Part shown: positions 50,061 through 59,744 of the stretch, one piece after another
Layout: each line of letters begins with the position of its first letter
How positions within the stretch are numbered: position 1 is the first letter of the stretch
Made by a program: the position numbers and the translations under genes
NCBI GenBank assembly: GCA_965603825.1
Contig: CBFDEM010000060.1
Coordinates: forward strand, 496,001 to 560,000
Origin: Blepharisma stoltei ATCC 30299
Taxonomy: Eukaryota; Protista; Ciliophora
Reading direction: 5' to 3'
DNA: 64,000 nt
The notes under the pieces: generated by a model
Told to the model about the DNA's origin: nothing
What the model saw: only the letters and a program-made list of their open reading frames with translations
Databases searched by the model: none

Positions 50061-50285
50061 TTATCTTAGTTGTAAAACCATATGGATTACTGCTCCAGCA
50101 GTTAGATTGTAGTCACTTAGCCTGCTTTCGTCATTCAATTGGCGTCCTCCGAAAATTAAACGAATTTGTTCAACGCTAATACCTTCCTTCTCTTGCAAGG
50201 CTTGTTTCACTTGAAGAACAGTGTTGTCGAGTTCAAAGTTCATAGGCTGCTTCTTCCCAGTCAAAGTTTTTATAATGATTTGCAT
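50061..50285 (-). CDS. NEDD8/Rub1-like ubiquitin-like protein lacking the C-terminal di-glycine
   Basis: MQIIIKTLTGK..VKQALQEKEGI..QIRLIFGGRQLND..VIHMVLQLR followed directly by TAA. Confidence 0.88.
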   Translation of the reverse strand: MQIIIKTLTGKKQPMNFELDNTVLQVKQALQEKEGISVEQIRLIFGGRQLNDESRLSDYNLTAGAVIHMVLQLR

Positions 50286-50525
50286 ATTTATTATAAGAAA
50301 GGGACAGAATAATAAAATTGCAATAAGTAATCTAATAAACTACTAACAGACAATATCAGATAAAACATGCTCCAAATCTATTAAAAAGAATTTTGATTGT
50401 ATTAATATTTGCCTCATAGATTTTTTAGGTAAGCCAGTAGCTGCTGGCACATTATTATTTAAATTATTCAAAAATTTTTAAATTTTTATTTTTCATCACA
50501 TTTTAAGCATTAATTATCAAGAATA

Positions 50526-52130
50526 TTACGAGGGACATTGTCTGTCTCTATCAGTAAGTGGCGCATAGTTAACAGTTTGTGAGCTGTGAGTTTGAAGATT
50601 ACCATTTTCGTCCTTCTTCACAATTGTAATGTGCTGAAACCCACTTATAGGTCCTACTGGAGCCATTAGCACCCCACCAGGAGCAAGCTGTTCTAGCAAT
50701 GGCTGCGGGATTTCTGGAGTAGCTGCTCCAATATGAATTACATCAAAAGGTGCATACTCCAACAACCCTATTCTTCCGTCTCTATGGACCATTCTCATTT
50801 CTAAGTCATTTTTCTGCAATAAGTACAAATTAGATTTTCTAATATTATCAATAGCTTGATTTATCAGTTCTTCAATATGGTCAACTCCATAGACTTTCCC
50901 TCTCCCAATCATCTTTGCCATACATACAGTTAGATATCCACTGCCACAGCCTATGTCAAGGACTCTTGCTCCAGGGACAAGCCATGGCTCAAGAATTGAT
51001 AAGGTCATTGCGTGCATATGAGGAGCCGAAATGGTTGTATTGAAGCCAATACGTTGAGGTCTGTCTTCATAAGGGCTGCTTTCGTCTGGGATAAAATCTT
51101 TGCGGTCTGTAGACTCCATTACAGTTCTGACACTTTGGGTTGAAATCAGTCCTTCAATAGCTAAGGTTTCGACCAGTTGGACTTGTAAAGGGTTGCTATG
51201 GACTTCTTCAGCAGCTGGAAGCACCTCAGGAGACCATTTAAGCTCATTTTCAATCGCTATTTCCTGAGAAGTAAGCCCTTCAACTGACCTCAATGCACTA
51301 TCAAGGCTGATATCCATATTAAAATTCAAATTTTCTGCTTCCTGCTCCAACGTTTTTAGCTTATCTGCTAGCTTATCCTGCTCAAACGACAGTTTATTTA
51401 TAGACTGCACCGCTTGCAGCCTCGCAGGCCCCGCAATTTTTGAAATTTGCCTCATAATCCCATCTATATCAGAAATCGTTTTTTGCCTTTTTTTGACAAT
51501 ATCGTCACAATACTCCACATTTTCTTGGATTCTTTTGACAAGTGCATTTACCGGCCTATTTAAGCTCATAACAAATTCCTTCTTCTTTTTATCAATAGCT
51601 TGTAAAAGTGGTTCAAATTTTCTATCAATTTCTTCTATTGCTTTAGCCTTCTTTTCTTCTACTTTATTAAAGATATTCACAGACCAATCTCGTTCTGATC
51701 TAGCAGTGCTGAGAAGGTCTTCAGCTTTTTTCTTTGCTTCTTCAAGCTGCTTATCGGTGCCTTGTGTTATAACAGTATCGTCTATATCGTAAAAATCATG
51801 CTTTTTGTGCTTTGTCGCACAGCGGGAACAAAACGGGACATTCTCGTCTAAACAGAAAAAAGTGGCTTCTAAGTTCTGGTGTTCAGCACAAGGAGCCAAA
51901 GGCTCGTTTTTGGACTCAGATAAGTGCTGCAAAACCAAAATATTTTTCTTCATTAAGGAAACTTCTCGATAATCTTTACTTCTGCAATGAGGGCAGTTCA
52001 GAGCGCCCATTCGTCTTTCCATTGCGGAAATGCATTTTAAGCAGAAGGTATGGCCACAGTGGAGAACTAGTGGGGAGCCTTCGCTGCTGTTGAAGTCGTG
52101 AAAGCAAATTGGGCATTGAAAAGATTCCAT
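50526..52130 (-). CDS. RING/B-box/coiled-coil (TRIM-like) protein fused to protein-L-isoaspartate O-methyltransferase
   Basis: RING CPIC..CGHTFCLKC..CPHC; B-box CAEH..FCLDE..CSRC..HKKH; coiled coil; PIMT PYEDRPQRIGFNTTISAPHMHA, VLDIGCGSGY, APFDVIHIGAA, EQLAPGG and YAPLTD. Confidence 0.93.
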   Translation of the reverse strand: MESFQCPICFHDFNSSEGSPLVLHCGHTFCLKCISAMERRMGALNCPHCRSKDYREVSLMKKNILVLQHLSESKNEPLAPCAEHQNLEATFFCLDENVPFCSRCATKHKKHDFYDIDDTVITQGTDKQLEEAKKKAEDLLSTARSERDWSVNIFNKVEEKKAKAIEEIDRKFEPLLQAIDKKKKEFVMSLNRPVNALVKRIQENVEYCDDIVKKRQKTISDIDGIMRQISKIAGPARLQAVQSINKLSFEQDKLADKLKTLEQEAENLNFNMDISLDSALRSVEGLTSQEIAIENELKWSPEVLPAAEEVHSNPLQVQLVETLAIEGLISTQSVRTVMESTDRKDFIPDESSPYEDRPQRIGFNTTISAPHMHAMTLSILEPWLVPGARVLDIGCGSGYLTVCMAKMIGRGKVYGVDHIEELINQAIDNIRKSNLYLLQKNDLEMRMVHRDGRIGLLEYAPFDVIHIGAATPEIPQPLLEQLAPGGVLMAPVGPISGFQHITIVKKDENGNLQTHSSQTVNYAPLTDRDRQCPS

Positions 52131-52291
52131 TGATATTTATTATCAGAATAGCGAATGAAATGCAAAAGCAAAATATATTCTTGCATAATAGCATAATACC
52201 GACCAGTATTGCAAGAATATATGATTCAATTAAAAATAGTTGGAAATTTAAACTAAAATAAATTATATTGAATTGTATAAGCAATTAATTA

Positions 52292-53119
52292 TTATAATTT
52301 TTCATAGTCTGGAGGAGTGGGAGGATTTGCATCATCTGGAGGACACTGAAAGATGTTCTCGCTTTCTCTTCTTGTAGAAACCCCTTCGAATTTTCTTTTG
52401 ACATTGTTTTTTATATTGTCAAGCATGCTTTTTGTGTTTTCCTTGAAGTTTTGGATCATTGGAGTATTGCTTCACTCTTTTGTTTTGGTTATCCCTTCTT
52501 TAACCCCGCTTTCTAGTTTAGACAGCGCGCTTACAGTTTTGACTTCTCATTCTTTTACAGTAGGTTTTTCTGTCATTTCTTTGACTTTATTAGTTACTTT
52601 ATCTCCCAAAGATCTTGCAGCTGAAATTGCAGAATCGAAAGTCCCTTTCCAAGAAAAGCCTCTTTCATTATTTTCTACACAAAAAGACTTAGCTTCTTCT
52701 TCATTCACCATTAATAAACCCTGCTCTAAGCTTGGCTGCTCTGCTTGGTAGATTCTTCCATCAGATATTTTTTTCAGCATCTCTCTATAATATTGAGCTG
52801 CTCTAGTTCTATATTTTACAGATATTTCCATATCCGCTGGCATATGATATATACTAAAAAACCTCGCCAGGGCTGAATTTCCTCCAACAGTCATCATTTT
52901 TAGCTGCTTTATGCTCCAATGGTCATTCACAATTTTTCTCACAAAGCTCAGATGTAGCCCAAGCTCAATATGTTTGATTGCACAATTTTCACAAATAAAA
53001 ATCCCATAGCTGACTGAAGCTCATTCTGGGTTTGGCTTTCAGCAGTCAAAGCAAACATTATTGCTCTGGTCTTCTTTGAGTTTTTTAAATCTTTCTTCTG
53101 CGGATTCTTTTGTTACCAT
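52292..53119 (-). CDS. ArfGAP1/Gcs1-type zinc-finger protein with catalytic Arg replaced (275 aa)
   Basis: NNVCFDC(W)KPNPE(W)ASVSYGIFICENCAIKHIELGLHLSFVRK..W..MTVGGN..KYRTRAAQYYR; 4 TGA. Confidence 0.9.
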
Positions 53120-53141
53120 TTTAATTTATTATATGAGGAAA

Positions 53142-56066
53142 TTAAATTATTTCGAATTTGTAAAGAGAGTCTATGTCAGATTCGACGCTGGGGTAGGCTT
53201 GTGAGAGCTCAGCTTTTTGATGGGGTGTTAGCCTGTGAAAATTCATTAGGATGTCAATATCGATTATCTGTGTAGAGTTGCGAGGGGTTTGAAGATGGAG
53301 AAGCCTCTGAATTGAGGATTGAAGAGATAATAGTTCTTTTTTTAATGGGTATGTAATCTGGTATACTGCGCCAGTCCAAGAAAAGAAGAGGGCGTTTTGG
53401 TTGCATGATGGCTTTAAAGATGTATTTGTCAGGTTTCCAGAGATTATTGCTCTTCCTCCATCATGGAGATCATCGAGTGTTATTATTTTCTTTGAGTCTT
53501 TTTCGAGAATTTTGATACTTCCTAGTTTGTCGATCATTATGATAAATTGGTCCATAATTAAAATATTGGAAATAAGGAATCCTCTTAGTGATGCATGTTC
53601 AAAAGTCAATGTATCAGTCAAAGTGTACTGTAAAATACCATCTCTGCTGTCTATTGAATAAAGAATGTTTTGTTCTGAATAGAGACCAATAACAGAATTC
53701 CTGACTCTTGTAGTTGCAATACTTTCAATATTGATGCCCTCTCCAAGTCTTAATACAAAAATATGTTCTTCAGCTCCCACTATCATTTTATCTTCATGTA
53801 TACAAATTGCCTGCACTCCATGAGGGAAAAATCCTCTATAAAGCTCCGTAAACCCTTCTTGAGAAATAATTGTAACAATTCCTTTCCTTTCTAATGTTTC
53901 TCCTCCTATTGCAATTCCATCATACTGCGGAATATTCGCCATACAGTACATTTTTTCTGAATTTGTATAGCTCAAACTTGGGAAATTTCCACTGAAATTA
54001 TAGTCAGACAAAGCTATATGGTCTGCAATATCTCTATATATATAAGCTATTTTATTCCTATTTGGCAGATATAACAGTCGTTTTATTGAGCCTTTTATGC
54101 TTATAAGCTCTTTTGTATTTAAAGAGTATGGCGTTGGGTTTTCTAGTGCAGCTATCAATATATCTTTATTAATACATATAAAATAGGAATTATCTAATGA
54201 GCAGCCACTTCGCATATCAATTTCAATTGGCCTGAATTCTAAATTTTCATTATAAATTAGTATTGCACGATCAGAAATCGCAATCAGCCCAATTTTATAT
54301 TTAAAAAGTGTCACAGGCTTATTGCCAAGTTTTTTATATATTGGAGGATCCAAGCACACAATGAGATTCCCGTCTCTGCAGCCAATAAACATTTGGTTCC
54401 ACATAAATCTAAATAAATTTTACATGACTGAATGTGGAATTGAGGATTCTTGTAGAGCATACACAAATTTGTTAATTACATTTCCAGTCATATCCAGCTG
54501 TAAAGTTTCGCAGGATTGTAAGCCTATATAGATTGATTCATTATAAATATTTATCATAGAAACATCATAATTTGGGAGTTTTCATAGAACTTCTAAGGCT
54601 GGATTGAGCATCACTAATTCTTGACTAGAAAAAGACACACATATAGAAGAATCTGAGATGCAGGCACCAATTATAGTGGAATTAAAATCTTTTTGAGATG
54701 AGCCATTTTTGATGTAGGTTGAGGTTATGTGTATCCAGTCTCTATTGGACTTCCCAATATCTATGTAATTTTCATCTACTAAGCCTAGAGCAGAGGACTG
54801 GATTGGCTTCATTGTATTGTAGTCAAGAGCCTTAACTCCTTTTGTGTAAAACAAAAATATGATATTTTCAACTGTCTTAGCCCAAAGACATGATTGGCCG
54901 ATATCAGGGATTTGGATAACAACGCTGAAGGTTAAGCCTTAATAAAAATTACTGTTTGAGAGTTCTAGCAGTGAAGAGCTTTGCCCAATTCCACATGCAA
55001 TAATTATAGATTCAGAATTAATTTCATTTTCCTTTTCATGCTTTTTTATTGTAATTGCGTCAAGGATAGCTCCATGTACAGATGAAGGGATTTTTAAATC
55101 GCCATTGGTATTCAGGTTAAAGCCTCTGATTTCTCCTTGTTTTCCAAATATATAGCAAAACCCTTTTAGTGTGGTAATAATTGAATCTTGAGGGATTTCT
55201 TTTATTATATTTGACCTTTTCCTTGACAGCAAATATATCTGTCCAATGTCATTATTGATATATAATTCATTATTATGTATGATATGAGAACAATAAATCC
55301 CAGAAAATTCAATTTCATCAAAATCGTCTTGGTCTATGTTTTTTTGGTTATATTTCAAAGCGTGGATTATATTTTCATAGAAAATATAAATTTTTTTATC
55401 AAAACATATAAAAGCTGTTGGAAATGCATCACCATTTTCAAGGATAGGAGAAAAATGTATAAACGTGCTTAAAGAGAGCAATGATTTATTCACTTTATAT
55501 TCTTTCCAGAAATATAATGGATACTCTCCTGTAGGATTTCTACATAAAATCAGCATAGTTTTTTCGTCGACGAAATTGAAATCTACAATAAAAGACTCAA
55601 CATCAATTTCATACAAAAAGGTAAGCTTCTTTTCTATATCATTCCATTTTAGCACCCACATATAATCCTGTACCAAAGAGGCCGCTATCATGCCATCAAT
55701 ACTTGCTTTTATCCCTACACAAAATTGTTGACTTTCATTTTCATTGCTAATCCTTAATTCATAGCTGTATATTACTTCAAAATACCCCGTCCCCTCAGAA
55801 AACTCATATATTTTAAGTGCAGTTTTTGTCGCAACACACACCAGATCTTTGTCACGAGTCGAAATTTTGCATGAGCTGAAAATATTTTCATTAAAAAGCT
55901 GCTCGTGTATCGGGATAAGCTTTTCTGGCTTTTCTTCATTGATGGTGAAGACTTGCAAAGATTTTTCTTTAATTCCAATAATCACTTCAACTGATTGTAG
56001 GAATTTGCCTGGGTAAACAGATAGAAATTCACTTTGCGATTGAAGGACTTTTATGCCAAAATCCAT
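53142..56066 (-). CDS. Divergent DDB1/SF3B3/CPSF1-family beta-propeller protein (964 aa)
   Basis: 15-nt introns 54938-54952 and 54409-54423, TGA 54582-54584; IIIACGIGQSSSL and C-terminal IIDIDILMNFHRL resemble CPSF_A/DDB1 motifs. Confidence 0.68.
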
Positions 56067-56103
56067 TTATAGTAATCAAATTAATTTCGTGTGTTGATAA
56101 AGT

Positions 56104-56361
56104 ATGGATAGTTATGAAGAAACTACAGAGGAGCACTATAGAAATGCAAGCAGTTTTATTTTTGCATTTTACGTTTTCGCGCTATGTATGATCATGATGT
56201 ATTTTATTCTTGGAATATGGATCAAAATGCAGATGTCAGAAATGACCTTTTGGGAAGCATTTAAGAGCATTATAATTTGGCAGCCATATTCAAGGGTAAG
56301 AAAGGTTATAAATTTAATCAAAAATTTTTTAAATTCACAGAAAAATTATGATCAGGTGTAA
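56104..56361 (+). CDS. Small single-pass membrane protein
   Basis: 85-aa ATG-to-TAA ORF with hydrophobic FIFAFYVFALCMIMMYFILGIW. Confidence 0.55.
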   Translation: MDSYEETTEEHYRNASSFIFAFYVFALCMIMMYFILGIWIKMQMSEMTFWEAFKSIIIWQPYSRVRKVINLIKNFLNSQKNYDQV

Positions 56362-56457
56362 TGCAAAAAAGTCAGCATCTAAAGGAATTTTAATATAAAT
56401 TGAGACTTTAAGCGATATTAAGCTTGATAGCTATGCAAAAATGTAAAAAATAAATAA

Positions 56458-57510
56458 TTATCCTCTAGACATTACTGGCAGATCATGCAATCTGTCTGGT
56501 CTACCCCATGATATAGTATATAGCTTCTTCCCAGATATCTCTGCCAACTCTCTAGGCGTGGTATTCCTAACCAACGCATTGAACATTGCATAAGTCTTCG
56601 AATACTCTGTCGCGTTTTTCCCAGTAATTTTCCACTCAAAGTTATGCAGCCCAGCTAGTATCAGCATGTTTCCATATGTTGGCTCTCCCCAAGACTGCCC
56701 TGCCTGTGACGGCCAGATTTCAAAAATAGTGCCATGCCACTTTCCTTTCAAATAAATTGGGTTAGTGTACCAAGGATCCAAAGGAATATTTATCAAATTT
56801 CTCCTGCAGACTTCAACAGCTTTATCAAAAGAGTCGCTATAGCTTGTAGCTGTCCCAATCCCATATGCAATCATGCCAGCGCCATTGCCCATAAAAAGCA
56901 GCGTTCTTCTACTATTAGTCCTTTGTAGTGCAGATATATTAGTTGACGTAGAAGAATCAAGAAAAATCACATGAAAGTCTTTTTCAGCGGAAGCTTTCCA
57001 TGGCGCCTCAAATTTCATATTTTTCAATGTTTTTAGGTCATAACCAATGCCTGGCTCCCTTACTTCATTTAATGTGTTGCTAGATTTGACTGCTTCTTTG
57101 ATATGCTTGATGTATTCTTTTTTTCTGAACTCTTCATGCAATTCCAGCTCAGCAATACGCTCTTCGTCTGTTTTTAATAAGGTCTTTTCGTAGTCTCTGA
57201 CGTGGGCTTTCCTTTCAGCTTTTAATATGGATGACCATTTAGGCTCTTCTTTGGACTTGAACTCTTTGAGGAAATCGTTGAACTCTTCGTCAGTTTTGGC
57301 GAGTTTTTTGACGGACTCGCTCAGAGACATCCCAGGAATTGAGGTTTCGTCCTTTGCAAGCTTTTGGAGCTTTGCTAAGCGGTCAGGGTCGTGTAGGTAA
57401 TCTGCTTTTCTTTGCAGGCCTAGAGGATTTTTTTTCTTTGGCAGCGAAAACCTGTGAGAAGCTGATAAGGCTGTGAATTTGGAAAAGTTCCTGATGCTAA
57501 GTCTCAGCAT
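56458..57510 (-). CDS. Mitochondrial ribosomal protein uS5m-like
   Basis: Presequence MLRLSIRNFS; S5-like NISALQRTNSRRTLLFMGNGAGMIAYGIG..AVEVCRRNLINI and C-domain FEIWP..LILAGL. Confidence 0.75.
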   Translation of the reverse strand: MLRLSIRNFSKFTALSASHRFSLPKKKNPLGLQRKADYLHDPDRLAKLQKLAKDETSIPGMSLSESVKKLAKTDEEFNDFLKEFKSKEEPKWSSILKAERKAHVRDYEKTLLKTDEERIAELELHEEFRKKEYIKHIKEAVKSSNTLNEVREPGIGYDLKTLKNMKFEAPWKASAEKDFHVIFLDSSTSTNISALQRTNSRRTLLFMGNGAGMIAYGIGTATSYSDSFDKAVEVCRRNLINIPLDPWYTNPIYLKGKWHGTIFEIWPSQAGQSWGEPTYGNMLILAGLHNFEWKITGKNATEYSKTYAMFNALVRNTTPRELAEISGKKLYTISWGRPDRLHDLPVMSRG

Positions 57511-57563
57511 TTAAACCTTTATAAATGTCTTTCCATATTAGAAAGTAAATTAGATTAAGCTTA

Positions 57564-58208
57564 TTATTCAGCTTGTTTTGGTGCTTCTCTGCCGCCTCGT
57601 TTCTTACAAACGTAAAGATAATGGACATTGGGCTGGTCTCTGTCGTCTGTAGCTAATGCAGCTGTGCTTGCGATAGTTGGCTTTTGGACTTGGTGTACTG
57701 TGATTTCCCAATTGTACTCTGATTTGTCAAGATACGGATACCTATGAGGAGGCTGCCCATAAGTGATTGCAACGTATACTCCTGTGGGAGAAAGCACTCT
57801 ATACACTTCAGAAATCATTTTATTAGCATGAGCCGTTGAGTTTTCTCCACAAAGTATGGCATCTAGTGTACCTTTGTCAATTACAGCGTCAAATGTTGCA
57901 TCATCAAATTCCATGTTCCTGCCGTCCATATGCAGAAATCTCATCGTCTGCTTATCTCTGTATTTCTCTTGCATAGCCTTGATTACTACTTGGCTGATAT
58001 CAATATTAATGCTATTAATAAAGCCTTCATCATACATTTCTTCACTTAAACGCGAATTCCCACATCCAAGATGTAGAATCTGATGTGTAGGAAACACATA
58101 CTGGGCCAGTAAATCTTTAATACCACTCCATCTCTGGTACCAATCAAAAGGTTCTGCGTCTCTTGTGTATCTTTCTTCCCAGTATTCTGCTTTTCCGTAT
58201 TGTGCCAT
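57564..58208 (-). CDS. EEF1AKMT4/METTL13-type lysine methyltransferase
   Basis: YGKAEYWEERY..FDWYQRW, LHLGCGNSRLSEEM, FDAVIDKGTLDAILCG and ITYGQP. Confidence 0.92.
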   Translation of the reverse strand: MAQYGKAEYWEERYTRDAEPFDWYQRWSGIKDLLAQYVFPTHQILHLGCGNSRLSEEMYDEGFINSINIDISQVVIKAMQEKYRDKQTMRFLHMDGRNMEFDDATFDAVIDKGTLDAILCGENSTAHANKMISEVYRVLSPTGVYVAITYGQPPHRYPYLDKSEYNWEITVHQVQKPTIASTAALATDDRDQPNVHYLYVCKKRGGREAPKQAE

Positions 58209-58243
58209 TTGCTATTTAATTATTCTAGAAATAGAGAAAATTA

Positions 58244-59722
58244 TTATTCACTTATATCGCACAGCTGGACTTTGAGGGAAATCCCTGATATCGCGACAAA
58301 TGTGGAGTATCGTGAAAAGTGGCCTGGATTTACGACTTTGGAGTCATCGATTGAGTAGTTGAAGTAGCGGGTATTGTCGGCAAGACAGATAAGGTCAGGC
58401 TGGGATTCAATTCTTAAGGTATGGTCGTAGTCAGGGAGAACTTGAGTGTGAAGAGTAGGGCATAGGTGGCCTTGTTTAAGGATAGTATGAGCTAAATGAG
58501 CATCCGGGTTTGCATTTTCATCAAAATTGGGCTCGACAGCACTGTTTCGCTGAAGGGTTCGCAATTGGTCAATTTTTGCAAAAATTAATTTTTTACCACA
58601 GAATAGGATTCTTGTGGGGTTGCTTGAGGATTTTCAGTGTTTTAAAGACTCAAATGCCTCTGTCAGGTTGTTTGGCAGCTTTTGCTGAGGAAGAAACAGC
58701 CCAAGTCCAGGGTCGTTTGGGCCTGGGATAAACACCCACATAGCGTTTTCTTGCAAATTTGGGTACTTTCCTATCAAATTAGCTAAATTTGTAAATAGAT
58801 TTTTGTGGTTATAAGGATTTGCTTGTGGTTCAGAGCTAAAATTACCCATCAAAACAAATAAAATATTGCTAAAAGCAGCATATCCCGCAAATAGCTTATC
58901 CAGAAGTCTCATTACTCTAGGATCATTCAAATGTACATTAGATAAAGCCACAATAACACAGTTATCCGGCCATTGACATGTTCATAAGCTTTCTGTTCCT
59001 TTTCTTTGCTCAATTAAATATTCCCCACCAAAAATATCAACATCAGCATAAATACTGCATGCAGGAGGCTGGGCAATGCAACTGACATATAAAACCCCAT
59101 CAACATGTCTGCCTTGTGCAAGCACTATGCAGCCTTCACAAAAAAATCCAGAGTTTTTTTCTACATCGTAGATGTCTAATTTTACAGTTCCATTAAAATC
59201 TTCTAAATACCAAGTTTTTCCGTCTATTTTAGTAAGCATTCCTAATATGATTTTTTCATTGTTACAGCCGATTAGACTTTCTACTTCACTGAAAGGGATT
59301 GCGGATTCGTTTAAACTTGGGTTAAAAGTTTTGTGTTTTTTTATTCTAGATCGTGCTATTGCAAATCTTTCTCTGTACATCATATGTTTTGATAATGGCG
59401 CGCCTAAAAATGATGGAGGAGATGCGGGGACAAATTTTTCGTTTGAGTTAAAAATATACTTAGGCAAATCTTTGAACACATCAATTACAACGATTTCTTT
59501 TGACTCTTTTATAGCCGAGCTTGGAGTTTCCTGAATTACAGACTGCAGCTGATCTACATCTACCACATCAAACTTGCCTAAATCAGAAATAATATCATCA
59601 AGCTGTTCTTCACTGTCATAGTTTTTATGCTGCGCATAAGACATCAAGTAATCCAAAGCTTGTGGACGTATTTTAATTCCTTTTCCCAATAAATAAGAAA
59701 TTAGCGCCCTTTTATCGTTCAT
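58244..59722 (-). CDS. POLE2: DNA polymerase epsilon subunit B (492 aa)
   Basis: ILGMLT..YLEDFNGTVKLDI..GFFCEGCIVLAQG, FVLMGNFSS, FIPGPNDP, TILKQGHLCP, PDLICLAD and NPGHF; joined through TGA 58982-58984 and 58634-58636. Confidence 0.93.
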
Positions 59723-59744
59723 ATCCCTTTATTTATTAAACTAC

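Noticed and set aside
29394-53119. TGA as selenocysteine or cysteine in Cys-rich zinc fingers
   Set aside because: The diagnostic TGAs fall at conserved Trp columns, not at metal-ligand Cys positions
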